From Eledone cirrhosa (Eukaryota): 64,000 bases of DNA. The stretch covers positions 1-64,000 of the forward strand of contig CAXHJY010000109.1 in the NCBI GenBank assembly GCA_964016885.1. The letters are read 5' to 3'. How positions within the stretch are numbered: position 1 is the first letter of the stretch; each line of letters starts with the position of its first letter. This document shows, piece by piece, positions 34,222 to 51,287 of the stretch. Below the pieces are notes generated by a model that did not search any database, had not been told where the DNA came from, and worked only from the letters and a program-made list of their open reading frames with translations. Position numbers and translations under genes: made by a program.

Positions 34222-34764
34222 GACAGGTAGAGCGAGAGGGGGAGGGAGGAAGAAGGAAGTGAGGGGGAGGGAAGAAGAAGAGAGGAAGAAGGAAGAGAGG
34301 GGGAGGGAAGAAGAAGGAAGAGAGGGGGAGGGAAGAAGAAGGAAGAGAGGGGGAGGGAAGAAGAAGGAAGAGAGGGGGAGGCAGGAAGAAGGAAGAGAGG
34401 GAAGTAAGGGGCGTATGAAAGAACAGGAGTGAGAGAAAAAAGAGAAAAAAGGGAAAAAAGAAAAAAGAGAAAAAAGAGAAAAAAAAAAGAGAAAAAAGAG
34501 AAAAAAGAGAAAAAAGAGAAAAAAGAGAAAAAAGAGAAAAAAGAGAAAAAAGAGAAAAAAGAAGAAATAAATGAGGACTCAATACGTGTTGTAGAGATAA
34601 ATATTGCCTCACAAACAGAAACTTGCTTGATCCACCATTAACATCTGAAAGAAACGATCAGATACAATTTACCAGCTGTTAATACACACACACACATACA
34701 CACAGACAGGAGGTTTATTTGAATATATCGCTCTCTCTCTCTCCATCTCTGTCTCTCTCTCGGT

Positions 34765-35486
34765 GTGTATATATATATATATATATTTATAAATATATAT
34801 ATATATATAGATATATATTTATAAATATATATATACTGTATATATATATATATTTATAAATATATTTATAAATATATCTATATATATATATATATTTATA
34901 AATATATATCTATATATATATATTTATAAATATATATCTATATATATATATTTATAAATATATTTATAAATATATCTATATATATATATATATTTATAAA
35001 TATATATCTATATATATATATTTATAAATATATATCTATATATATATATTTATAAATATATTTATAAATATATATCTATATATATATATATTTATAAATA
35101 TATATCTATATATATATTTATAAATATATTTATAAATATATATCTATATATATATATATTTATAAATATATATCTATATATATATATTTATAAATATATT
35201 TATAAATATATATATATATATATTTATAAATATATATATATATATTTATAAATATATATATATATATATTTATAAATATATATATATATATATTTATAAA
35301 TATATATATATATATATTTATATTTATAAATATATATATATATATATTTATAAATATATATATATATATATTTATAAATATATATATATATAAATATATA
35401 TATATATAAATATATATATATAGATATATATATATTTATAAATATATATATATATGTATTTATAAATATATATATATATACATATG

Positions 35487-35530
<44 letters not shown>
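34765..35530. repeat. Almost pure A/T minisatellite (TATTTATAAATATATATC-like)
   Basis: Directly visible. Confidence 0.9.
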
Positions 35531-35533
<3 letters not shown>

Positions 35534-36794
35534 TTGTGTGTGTGTGTATTGGTATATATGTATATACATTTATACACACACACATATATATATACGTACA
35601 TACACACACACAATTCCCTTATTCCTCTATCTCTTAAGATTGACACACACAATCTAATATCACTCTCTCTCCTCTCCTCTCTCTATATCACTCTCCTCTC
35701 CTGTTATCTCTCTTCCCCCTCTCTCTCTTCCCTCTCTCCCCTTTTCTCTCTCCTCCCCCCGTCTCTCTCCTCTCCTCTCTCCCCCTCTCAATATATCTCA
35801 CCTGTCTCCCCTTCTCCTCCTCCTCCATCCATCAGGCAATACCTCACACCTCTACACAGGTAATATTCCTCTCATTCACCACACACATTATATACACTTC
35901 CGTCACATTAACACACATACATACACACAAAAAACAAACACACACACACACACATCCATCCATACATACACAGACACACGCACACATACACACACATAGA
36001 AACACACACACACACATCGATCAATCCATACACACACATACAAATACACACACACACACATCTATCCATACATCCATCCATACAGACACACGCACACATA
36101 CACACACATCGATCCATCCATCCATACAAATACACACACACACACACACATCTATCCATACATCCATACAGACACACGCACACATACACACACATCGATC
36201 CATCCCTCCATACACACACATACAAACACACACATTCATACACACACATACACACACGGATACACACACACATCCATCCATCCATACACACACGGATATC
36301 ACCACACACACACACACAAAAACATCCATACACACACGGATACACACACACATCCATCCATCCACACACACACACATACACACACGGATATAACCACACA
36401 CACAAACACACACAGACACACACAAAAACATACATACATACATACATACATACATACATACATACATACACAAGGCTATGTTCAAACATGTTACTACATT
36501 ACGGTATAGTCAGTTTCTATGAAGACGACGCCATATTTTCTTAAAGCTTGTAACAACAACTAGTAGTATGGAGTAGATGAACCACTTAGCTTAAAAGCTT
36601 TCTAGATTTTCGCAAGGTACGTCAAAACCCCCATGATATTTCCGTAAAAATTTCAACTTAGATTGCAGAAAAGCTAATGTAAAGCTGCCTTGTAAAAGCA
36701 TTCGACACACAGCGTTTACGGAATTTTCATTACACCTGAATAAAGCTATAAATTCATAAATGCATAAATGTAGAGAACCTATTTATTCAATCAT

Positions 36795-39317
<2,523 letters not shown>

Positions 39318-40225
39318 AACTTTGAATAACTTTGAAATGTTTTGGCCAGTATTGGCCCAGGCCATGTCTAACTTAATAGCACCACCTGGCGAAGTCTTTC
39401 AATTCAGGATGTGGGCACCATGGCCCATTCGAGAAGAGAATTACTGTTTGCGGAGACATATCCGGGTGTGGGTGGTTTGTCCGGGATTACTTGGAGGAAT
39501 TTGTCCAAAGACTTCTTGAATTTTGTGTGGTCAGTTTCTGCTTTGACGTGTCCTGGTGTGATGTTGAAGAGAGCAGGGCCGATTGAGGTGAAATAATTGT
39601 GCCGTATTGTTGTTATGAGTTGCGATTTAGATTTTTGAATGGGACGGATAGCACGGGGCCCAAGCCTTGGGTGTATCTTGAAGGCGATGCCAACATCATT
39701 TGGGCAGTGATGATGGAACATTTTCCACATCATGCAGATAATATAACGCTCACGGCGACGTTGGAGTGAGTAAAGTTTCAGGTTTTCTAATCGACCCCAG
39801 TAGTCAAGGTCTGACATGCCATCTATCTTTTTCGTGATTGCCCTTTGAGGAGCTTCAAGTTTCATGATACTTTGTTTCGTGTGGAGAGACCACAGTGGAC
39901 AACAGTATTCAAGGTGTGGTCGGGCGAAAGTAGAGAAGAGAAGGATAATGGTGCGGGAATCTCTCGACTGGAAGGTTCTGAGGATCCAGGAACACATTCT
40001 GCGGGCCATGTCAACTTTGCTGCTTATATGCGTGGTCCAGCTTATGTTGCTGTCCACGGTTACTCCCAAGTCTCTGATGTTGTTAGATGCCACGAGAGTT
40101 TCCCCGGAGGGAAGGGAGTACGGGAGTTTCAGAGCATCCTCTTTTCCAAAGTGGATCAGTTCGAATTTGTCTTCGTTCAGTAACATGTTGTTCTTTTCTG
40201 CCCATTGGGTAACAGCCAGTAGGTC
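39318..40225 (-). mobile_element. 5'-truncated CR1-clade LINE (ORF2 C-terminus open) with short tandem 3' tail
   Basis: [14 protein letters not shown]...[18 protein letters not shown]...[12 protein letters not shown]...[11 protein letters not shown]...[12 protein letters not shown]...FKKSLDKFL; stop at 39404-39406; 3' tail (TTCAAAGTTA)x2; TA on both sides. Confidence 0.92.
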
Positions 40226-40438
40226 TATATATATATATATATATATATACATATATATATACATATATATATATATATACATATATACATATATACATAT
40301 ATATACATATATATATACATACATATACATATATATATACATATATATACATATATATATACATATATATACATATATATATACATATATATATACATAT
40401 ATATACATATATATATACATATATATACATATATATAC

Positions 40439-40479
<41 letters not shown>

Positions 40480-41010
40480 TATACATATATATATACATAT
40501 ATATACATATATATATATACATATATATATACATATATATACATATATATATACATATATATACATATATATATACATACATATATACATATATATATAC
40601 ATGCATATATATATATACATATATAAATACAGATATATATACATATATATATACATATATATACATATATATATACATACATATATATATACATACATAT
40701 ATATATATACATATATAAATACAGATATATATACATATTTACGTACATATTTACATACATATATACATACATATATACATATATATATATACATACATAT
40801 ATACATATACATATACATATATATACATACATATACTTATATATATACATGTATATATATACATATATATATACATATATATATATACATATATACATAT
40901 ATTATATATATATATACACATATATTACACATATATATATATATATATATACATATATTACATATATTTGACCATCTTTTGATCTTATACTATATATATA
41001 TATATATATT

Positions 41011-41150
41011 ACGATCTGAGGATCCGCTAAGGTGAAACAATTGTTCTCGGTATGGTGAACTAACTGTTGTATTACCACTTCTACCTAACTCGTCCCATGG
41101 ACTGAGTGCTCTACCACTACGGATATTAGCTTCCAGTGTTCTACCTCTTT
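41011..41150 (+). ncRNA. Hammerhead core plus tail
   Basis: CTGAGGA (41016-41022), TCC GCTAA GGT, GAAA, CAATTG, TT. Stem III palindromic; stem I weak or truncated by TA. Confidence 0.65.
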
Positions 41151-41181
41151 CTCTCTCTCTCTCTATATATATTATATATAT

Positions 41182-41227
<46 letters not shown>

Positions 41228-41454
41228 GGTTAGTTGGTTCACCACTGGATAAAACTGGTCATTCCGTATGGTCAACCTCGATGTAATATTATTGAGAGCA
41301 CTCAACGTAATGCAACTGATCCGTCTTCGTTAGTGTAGTTGGTGGTGCGAGTACGGAGTTAATTATTATAAAATAACAGGAGGCTGGACTGGTGTAATTC
41401 CTTGAAAGGTTTATTATACTATGATCATTTCAATGACCGGGTTCAGTATGAGGA

Positions 41455-42878
41455 GTGTAAGTTAGCTATAGTGAGAGGGGGGGAAGAGAGCTAGTTACAT
41501 GTAGTGAGAGAGGGGTAGTGAGTAAGTTACATGTAGTGAGAGAGTGGGAAGAGAGCTAGTTACATGTAGTGAGAGAGGGGTAGTGTGTAAGTTAGATATA
41601 GTGAGAGAGGCGGAAGAGAGTTAGTTACATGTAGTGAGAGAGGGGTAGTGAGTAAGTTATATATAGTGCGAGAGGTGGAAGAGAGTTAGTTGCATGTAGT
41701 GAGAGAGGGGTAGTGAGTAAGTTACATGTAGTGAGAGAGGGGTAGTGAGTAAGTTACATGTAGTGAGAGAGGTAGTGAGTAAGTTACATGTAGTGAGAGA
41801 GGGGGAAGAGAGGTAGTGAGAGAGGTGGAAGGGAGTTAGTTATATATAGTGAGAGAGGGTTAGAGAGTTAGTTATATATAGTGAGAGAGGTGGAAGAGAG
41901 TTAGATATATCGAGAGAGAGGGAAGAGAGTTAGTTAGATATAGTGAGAGAGGAGGAAGAGAGTTAGTTATGTGTAGTGATAGAGGGGGAAGAGAGTTAGT
42001 TATGTGTAGTGATAGAGGGGGAAGAGAGTTAGTTATGTGTAGTGAGAGAGGGGGAAGAGAGTTAGTTATGTGTAGTGAGAGAGGGGGAAGAGAGTTAGTT
42101 AGATATAGTGAGAGAGGGGGAAGAGAGTTAGTTAGATATAGTGAGAGAGGGGGAAGAGAGTTAGTTAGATATAGTGAGAGAGGTGGAAGAGAGTTAGATA
42201 TAGCGAGAGAGGAGGAAGAGAGTTAGTTAGATATAGTGAGAGAGGGGGAAGAGAGTTAGTTAGATATAAGGAGAGTGGGGAAAGAGAGTAAGTTATATAT
42301 AGTGAGAGAGGGGGAAGAGAGTTAGTTAGATATATTGAGAGAGTGGGAAGAGAGTTAGTTATATATAGCGAGAGAGGGGGAAGAGAGTCAGTTAGATATC
42401 GATTCCCCCTCTCTCAATATATGTAACTAACTCTCTTCCCCCTTTCTCACTATACCTAACTAACTCTCTTCGCCCTCTCACTATATCTAACTCACTCTCT
42501 TCCCCCTCTTTCACTATATCTAACTAACAGTCTTCCCCCTCTCTCACTATATATAACTTACTCTCTTCCCCCTCTCTCACCACATATAACTAAATCTCTT
42601 CCCCCTCTCTCACTATATATAACTAACTCTCTTCCCCCTCACTATATCTAACTAATTCTCTTACCCCTCTCTCACAATATCTAACTCTTTTCCCCCCTCT
42701 CTCACTATATATAAATTACTCTTTTCCCCCTCTCTCACTATATGTAACTAACTCTCTTCCCCCTCTCTCACTATATATAACTAACTCTCTTCCCCCACTC
42801 TCACTATATATAACTTACTGAGAGAGAGGGTAGAGAGTAAATAACATATAGTGAGAGAGGAGCAAGAGAGTAAGTTAT
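41455..42878. repeat. ~29-33 bp purine-rich minisatellite with internal inversion
   Basis: Unit TAGTGAGAGAGGGGGAAGAGAGTTAGTTAGATA; reverse orientation at ~42402-42818. Confidence 0.9.
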
Positions 42879-42984
42879 TACTTGTAACAGGCCGATGTTT
42901 TTATTTGTAAATATCATTCAATTTATTTGTTAAATTAATTGCTATGTTTATTCATTTAAGGTATTAAAGCTATGTTATATGAAG

Positions 42985-43310
42985 TTATATGGCTATGGGG
43001 TTGCAGTAATATCTTGGACATGATTCATGATCCGCGTGGTACGTTGTGTTCTGTAGCTGGGAATTTAACCCTGCATTGGACTGGCGTATTGTCCAGGGGT
43101 GAAGATCTCTACTCTCTGTTACTTAACGCCGATGAAACAAGGATAAACACCAGCCAAATAAGCCTCCGTACTTGGGACAGAATATAATCTTGCTATATCC
43201 TGGTGCCCTGTCCAGGTGAGGAGTCGTATACTTCCAGCCGCTTTATACCGATGAAACCGAGGGTGAGCACTGGCCTGCTGAGATTCCGGGCTTGAGACAG
43301 ACTTATAGCT
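42985..43310 (+). mobile_element. Degenerate SINE family B with duplicated tail
   Basis: CCTGCATTGGACTGGCGTATTGTCCAGGGG...CCGATGAAAC and second copy CTGGTGCCCTGTCCAGG...CCGATGAAACCG. Confidence 0.55.
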
Positions 43311-43622
43311 ACATTAGGGTGAGGAGTGCCCTGGCCGAGTTGTTAAATTAAAGAATCAGGTGGGACACTTTGCAATATCAGTAGCGGCCTCACGCCTTCT
43401 CCGAGTTCAAATCCCACCAGGTTCAACTGTGCCTTTCATCTTTTGCGGGGTTAATAAATCAAGTCCCAAGCTGTCCTGGAGCCTGTTGATTAGTGGGACT
43501 GTTAAACAGCCTTAGGCATTGTTACTTCTGGTTTTATGTCCAGCTTTCTGATTTCTCCGAGTTTAAATCCTACATATTGCCTGTCACCGAAAAATCGTTG
43601 AGATCTCTGCCATCGTTTCCGA

Positions 43623-46600
43623 CCAATCGAATCTATCAGCAATGAAATACCAACTAAAACATATTTATGTTCGTGTTCACCCATCTATTCCTGGGACGGC
43701 AGAGCACTCAAGTACTCTTTCCAGCGGGTCCTCTCCTATAATGTACAGCCAGTCGAATCTATCAGCAATGAAACTACCAACTAAAACATATTTATGTTAT
43801 TCGTGTTTGCCCACCTATTCCTGGGACGGCAGAGCACTCAAGTACTCTTTCCAGCGGGTCCTCTCCTATAATTTACAGCCAGTCGAATCTATCAGCAATG
43901 AAATACCAACTAAAACATATTTATGTTCGTGTTCTCCCCCCTATTCCTGGGACGGCAGAGCACTCAAGTACTACTTCCAGCGGGCCCTCTCCTATAATGT
44001 ACAGCCAGTCGAATCTATCAGCAATGAAACTACCAACTAAAACATATTTATGTTCTTCGTGTTCGCCCCCCTATTCCTGGGACGGCAGAGCACTCAAGTA
44101 CTCTTTCCAGCGGGTCCTCTCCTATAATGTACAGCCAGTCGAATCTATCAGCAATGAAACTACCAACTAAAACATATTTATGTTCTTCGTGTTCGCCCAC
44201 CTATTCCTGGGACGGCAGAGCACTCAAGTACTCTTTCCAGCGGGTCCTCTCCTATAATGTACAGCCAGTCGAATCTATCAGCAATGAAACTACCAACTAA
44301 AACATATTTATGTTCTTCGTGTTCGGCCCCCATTCTTGGGACGGCAGAGCACTCAAGTACTCTTTCCAGCGGGTCCTCTCCTATAATGTACAGCCAGTCG
44401 AATCTATCAGCAATGAAACTACCAACTAAAACATATTTATGTTCTTCGTGTTCGCCCATCTATTCCTGAGACGGCAGAGCACTCAAGTACTCTTTCCAGC
44501 GGGTCCTCTCCTATAATGTACAGCCAGTCGAATCTATCAGCAATGAAACTACCAACTAAAACATATTTATGTTCGTGTTCGCCCCCCTATTCTTGGGACG
44601 GCAGAGCACTCAAGTACTCTTTCCAGCGGGTCCTCTCCTATAATGTACAGCCAGTCGAATCTATCAGCAATGAAACTACCAACTAAAACATATTTATGTT
44701 CTTCGTGTTCGCCCCCCTATTCCTGGGACGGCAGAGCACCCAAGTACTCTTTCCAGCGAGTCCTCTCCTATAATGTACAGCCAGTCGAATCTATCAGCAA
44801 TGAAACTACCAACTAAAACATATTTATGTTCTTCGTGTTCGCCCCCCTATTCCTGGGACGGCAGAGCACCCAAGTACTCTTTCCAGCGAGTCCTCTCCTA
44901 TAATGTACAGCCAGTCGAATCTATCAGCAATGAAACTACCAACTAAAACATATTTATGTTGTTCGTGTTCGCCCACCTATTCCTGGGACTGCAGAGCACT
45001 CAAGTACTCTTTCCAGCGGGTCCTCTCCTATAATGTACAGCCAGTCGAATCTATCAGCAATGAAACTACCAACTAAAACATATTTATGTTCTTCGTGTTC
45101 GCCCACCTATTCTTGGGACGGCAGAGCACTCAAGTACACTTTCCAGCGGGTCCTCTCCTATAATGTACAGCCAGTCGAATCTATCAGCAATGAAATACCA
45201 ACTAAAACATATTTATGTTCGTGTTTGCCCACCTATTCCTGGGACGGCAGAGCACTCAAGTACTCTTTCCAGCGGGTCCTCCCCTATAATGTACAGCCAG
45301 TCGAATCTATCAGCAATGAAACTACCAACTAAAACATATTTATGTTCTTCGTGTTCGCCCACCTATTCTTGGGACGGCAGAGCACTCAAGTACTCTTTCC
45401 AGCGGGTCCTCTCCTATAATGTACAGCCAGTCGAATCTATCAGCAATGAAACTACCAACTAAAAAATATTTATGTTCTTCCTGTTCGCCCACCTATACCT
45501 GGGACGGCAGAGCACTCAAGTACTCTTTCCAGCGGGTCCTCTCCTATAATGTACAGCCAGTCAAATCTATCAGCAATGAAACTACCAACTAAAACATATT
45601 TATGTTCTTCGTGTTCGCCCCCCTATTCCTGGGACGGCAGAGCACTCAAGTACTCTTTCCAGCGGGTCCTCTCCTATAATGTACAGCCAGTCGAATCTAT
45701 CAGCAATGAAACTACCAACTAAAACATATTTATGTTCTTCGTGTTCGCCCATCTATTCCTGAGACGGCAGAGCACTCAAGTACTCTTTCCAGCGGGTCCT
45801 CTCCTATAATGTACAGCCAGTCGAATCTATCAGCAATGAAACTACCAACTAAAACATATTTATGTTCTTCGTGTTCGCCGCCCCCCCCCCCTATTCTTGG
45901 GACGGCAGAGCACTCAAGTACTCTTTCCAGCGGGTCCTCTCCTATAATGTACAGCCAGTCGAATCTATCAGCAATGAAACTACCAGCTAAAACATATTTA
46001 TGTTCTTCCTGTTCGCCCCCCTATTCTTGGGACGGCAGAGCACTCAAGTACTCTTTCCAGCGGGTCCTTTCCTATAATGTACAGCCAGTCGAATCTATCA
46101 GCAATGAAACTACCAACTAAAACATATTTATGTTCTTCCTGTTCGCCCCCCTATTCTTGGGACGGCAGAGCACTCAAGTACTCTTTCCAGCGGGTCCTCT
46201 TCTATAATGTACAGCCAGTCGAATCTATCAGCAATGAAACTACCAACTAAAACATATTTATGTTCTTCGTGTTCGCCCACCTATTCCTGGGACGGCAGAG
46301 CACTCAAGTACTCTTTCCAGCGGGTCCTCTCCTATAATGTACAGCCAGTCGAATCTATCAGCAATGAAACTACCAACTAAAACATATTTATGTTATTCGT
46401 GTTCGCCCCTCTATTCTTGGGACGGCAGAGCACTCAAGTACTCTTTCCAGCGGGTCCTCTCCTATAATGTACAGCCAGTCGAATCTATCAGCAATGAAAC
46501 TACCAACTAAAACATATTTATGTTCTTCGTGTTCGCCCCCCTATTCTTGGGACGGCAGAGCACTCAAGTACACTTTCCAGCGGGTCCTCTCCTATAATTT

Positions 46601-49600
46601 ACAGCCAGTCGAATCTATCAGCAATGAAACTACCAACTAAAACATATTTATGTTCTTCGTGTTCGCCCCCCTATTCTTGGGACGGCAGAGCACTCAAGTA
46701 CTCTTTCCAGCGGGTCCTCTCCTATAATTTACAGCCAGTCGAATCTATCAGCAATGAAACTACCAACTAAAACATATTTATGTTCTTCGTGTTCGCCCCC
46801 CTATTCTTGGGACGGCAGAGCACTCAAGTACTCTTTCCAGCGGGTCCTCTCCTATAATGTACAGCCAGTCGAATCTATCAGCAATGAAACTACCAACTAA
46901 AACATATTTATGTTCTTCGTGTTCGCCCACCTATTCCTGGGACGGCAGAGCACTCAAGTACTCTTTCCAGCGGGTCCTCTCCTATAATGTACAGCCAGTC
47001 GAATCTATCAGCAATGAAACTACCAACTAAAACATATTTATGTTCTTCGTGTTCGCCCACCTATTCCTGGGACGACAGAGCACTCAAGTACTCTTTCCAG
47101 CGGGTCCTCTCCTATAATGTACAGCCAGTCGAATCTATCAGCAATGAAACTACCAACTAAAACATATTTATGTTCTTCGTGTTCGGCCCCTATTCTTGGG
47201 ACGGCAGAGCACTCAAGTACTCTTTCCAGCGGGTCCTCTCCTATAATTTACAGCCAGTCGAATCTATCAGCAATGAAACTACCAACTAAAACATATTTAT
47301 GTTCTTCGTGTTCGCCCCCCTATTCTTGGGACGGCAGAGCACTCAAGTACTCTTTCCAGCGGGTCCTCTCCTATAATTTACAGCCAGTCGAATCTATCAG
47401 CAATGAAACTACCAACTAAAACATATTTATGTTCTTCGTGTTCGCCCCCCTATTCTTGGGACGGCAGAGCACTCAAGTACTCTTTCCAGCGGGTCCTCTC
47501 CTATAATTTACAGCCAGTCGAATCTATCAGCAATGAAACTACCAACTAAAACATATTTATGTTCTTCGTGTTCGCCCCCCTATTCTTGGGACGGCAGAGC
47601 ACTCAAGTACTGTTTCCAGCGGGTCCTCTCCTATAATGTACAGCCAGTCGAATCTATCAGCAATGAAACTACGAACTAAAACATATTTATGTTCTTCGTG
47701 TTCGCCCACCTATTCCTGGGACGGCAGAGCACTCAAGTACTCTTTCCAGCGGGTCCTCTCCTATAATGTACAGCCAGTCGAATCTATCAGCAATGAAACT
47801 ACCAACTAAAACATATTTATGTTCTTCGTGTTCGGCCCCTATTCTTGGGACGGCAGAGCACTCAAGTACTCTTTCCAGCGGGTCCTCTCCTATAATGTAC
47901 AGCCAGTCGAATCTATCAGCAATGAAACTACCAACTAAAACATATTTATGTTATTCGTGTTTGCCCACCTATTCCTGGGACGGCAGAGCACTCAAGTACT
48001 CTTTCCAGCGGGTCCTCTCCTATAATGTACAGCCAATCGAATCTATCAGCAATGAAATACCAACTAAAACATATTTATGTTCTTCCTGTTCGTCCACCTA
48101 TTCCTGGGACGGCAGAGCACTCAAGTACTCTTTCCAGCGGATCCTCTCCTATAATGTACAGCCAGTCGAATCTATCAGCAATGAAACTACCAACTAAAAC
48201 ATATTTATGTTCTTCGTGTTCGCCCATCTATTCCTGAGATGGCAGAGCACTCAAGTACCCTTTCCAGCGGGTCCTCTCCTATAATGTACAGCCAGTCGAA
48301 TCTATCAGCAATGAAACTACCAACTAAAACATATTTATGTTCTTCCTGTTCGCCCACCTATACCTGGGACGGCAGAGCACTCAAGTACTCTTTCCAGCGG
48401 GTCCTCTCCTATAATGTACAGCCAGTCAAATCTATCAGCAATGAAACTACCAACTAAAACATATTTATGTTCTTCGTGTTCGCCCCCCTATTCCTGGGAC
48501 GGCAGAGCACTCAAGTACTCTTTCCAGCGGGTCCTCTCCTATAATGTACAGCCAGTCGAATCTATCAGCAATGAAACTACCAACTAAAACATATTTATGT
48601 TCTTCGTGTTCGCCCATCTATTCCTGAGACGGCAGAGCACTCAAGTACTCTTTCCAGCGGGTCCTCTCCTATAATGTACAGCCAGTCGAATCTATCAGCA
48701 ATGAAACTACCAACTAAAACATGTTTATGTTCTTAGTGTTCGCCCATCTATTCCTGGGACGGCAGAGCACTCAAGTACTCTTTCCAGCGGGTCCTCTCCT
48801 ATAATGTACAGACAGTCGAATCTATCAGCAATGAAACTACCAACTAAAACATATTTATGTTCTTCGTGTTTGCCCCCCCTATTCTTGGGACGGCAGAGCA
48901 CTCAAGTACTCTTTCCAGCGGGTCCTCTCCTATAATGTACAGCCAGTCGAATCTATCAGCAATGAAACTACCAACTAAAACATATTTATGTTCTTCGTGT
49001 TCGCCCCCCTATTCCTGGGACGGCAGAGCACTCAAGTACTCTTTCCAGCGGGTCCTCTCCTATAATGTACAGCCAGTCGAATCTATCTGCAATGAAACTA
49101 CCAACTAAAACATATTTATGTTCGTGTTCGCCCCCCTATTCTTGGGACGGCAGAGCACTCAAGTCCTCTTTCCAGCGGGTCCTCTCCTATAATGTACAGC
49201 CAGTCGAATCTATCAGCAATGAAACTACCAACTAAAACATATTTATGTTCTTCGTGTTCGCCCACCTATTCTTGGGACGGCAGAGCACTCAAGTACTCTT
49301 TCCAGCGGGTCCTCTCCTATAATGTACAGCCAGTCGAATCTATCAGCAATGAAACTACCAACTAAAACATATTTATGTTCTTCGTGTTCGCCCCCCTATT
49401 CCTGGGACGGCAGAGCACTCAAGTACTCTTTCCAGCGGGTCCTCTCCTATAATGTACAGCCAGTCGAATCTATCAGCAATGAAACTACCAACTAAAACAT
49501 ATTTATGTTCTTCGTGTTCGCCCACCTATTTCTGGGACGGCAGAGCACTCAAGTACCCTTTCCAGCGTGTCCTCTCCTATAATGTACAGCCAGTCGAATC

Positions 49601-50399
49601 TATCAGCAATGAAACTACCAACTAAAACATATTTATGTTCTTCGTGTTTTCCCCCCTATTCTTGGGACGGCAGAGCACTCAAATACTCTTTCCAGCGGGT
49701 CCTCTCCTATAATGTACAGCCAGTCGAATCTATCAGCAATGAAACTACCAACTAAAACATATTTATGTTCTTCGTGTTCGCCCACCTATTCTTGGGACGG
49801 CAGAGCACTCAAGTACTCTTTCCAGCGGGTCCTCTCCTATAATGTACAGCCAGTCGAATCTATCAGCAATGAAACTACCAACTAAAACATATTTATGTTC
49901 TTCGTGTTCGCCCCCCTATTCCTGGGACGGCAGAGCACTCAAGTACTCTTTCCAGCGGGTCCTCTCCTATAATGTACAGCCAGTCGAATCTATCAGCAAT
50001 GAAACTACCAACTAAAACATATTTATGTTCGTGTTCGCCCACCTATTCCTGGGACGGCAGAGCACTCAAGTACTCTTTCCAGCGGGTCCTCTCCTATAAT
50101 GTACAGCCAGTCGAATCTATCAGCAATGAAACTACCAACTAAAACATATTTATGTTCTTCGTGTTCGCCCCCCTATTCTTGGGACGGCAGAGCACTCAAG
50201 TACCCTTTCCAGCGGGTCCTCTCCTATAATGTACAGCCAGTCGAATCTATCAGCAATGAAACTACCAACTAAAACATATTTATGTTCTTCGTGTTTGCCC
50301 CCCTATTCTTGGGACGGCAGAGCACTCAAGTCCTCTTTCCAGCGGGTCCTCTCTTATAATGTACAGCCAGTCGAATCTATCAGCAATGAAACTACCAAC
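43623..50399 (+). repeat. ~130-bp tandem satellite, ~52 copies
   Basis: Unit CCAGTCGAATCTATCAGCAATGAAACTACCAACTAAAACATATTTATGTTCTTCGTGTTCGCCCCCCTATTCYTGGGACGGCAGAGCACTCAAGTACTCTTTCCAGCGGGTCCTCTCCTATAATGTACAG. Confidence 0.97.
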
Positions 50400-51019
50400 A
50401 GAAACCTCTTCACCCACTTATTCTTAGAAGGCTTATGGGGGAGTTGTCCTCAAACACTCCTTCCAACTTGACAGATTCTCCGGTCAAAGCCACCCGACAG
50501 GAGACCCACGGATAGACACAGAGCAAGATGGTTGGGCAAGATGGTTGGACAACATCGGCTGGTCTTGCTCGGGGATCCAACCGGACTAATTTGAGACGGT
50601 TGATTCTGACAGAATCCGCTGGAACGGGTGTTTGAGAAGTGCTACCATGACACTCCCAAGAATAATGGGGGGCAAGGAGATGTCACTATTGATATTTTTA
50701 ATGCTGAAAGTCTCGGCTGGCCGTAAATTCTAGCAGATGACCCAACTGGAAACAGTTCTTGAGGACTCTGCATCCACGCACCCCCCACCCCCACCCCCCA
50801 CGAATAAGAGGTCGAAGAAGAATATGTTTTTTACGATGAACGGATATAATGCAGGGCTTTGATAAGATAAATACCACCGGTGTCTCGACAGGTTGCCTGT
50901 TTCTCATCATTTCTCTCATCCGCCATTCTCTACACTATACTTTTATAGAACAGCAATAAACTGAACGTAGCAGAACTGTGTTTAGAGGAGATTTAAAAAT
51001 AAAGGGATTAGTTTATTGG

Positions 51020-51091
<72 letters not shown>

Positions 51092-51223
51092 AGGGAGGGG
51101 GGGGGTTAGATGGTTTAGAGAGCAAAATTACAGGTTTAGGTTCCTCTTGCTCTTCTGATGATCGTTATTATTATCATTATTATTGTTATTATTATCTGAA
51201 GGAGAACTATTTTATCGTACCAG

Positions 51224-51287
51224 GATTTTATGAACAGATGGAAACTGAAGAAAGTTTAAAAGCTTTGGAGTTTGTTGTTGGAAAGAC
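51224..51287 (+). CDS. Candidate internal micro-exon of an unidentified host gene
   Basis: TATTTTATCGTACCAG| acceptor, open frame (G)FYEQMETEESLKALEFVVGKT, |GTAAGG donor; no homology recognised. Confidence 0.3.

Noticed and set aside
43623-50399. Hammerhead-like echo on the minus strand of the 130-bp unit (CTGATAGA...GAAA-GAGTAC TTGA GTGCTC-TG)
   Set aside because: Extra base in the core, no convincing stem I or II, and a CUG cleavage triplet that violates the NUH rule; probably coincidental or dead.
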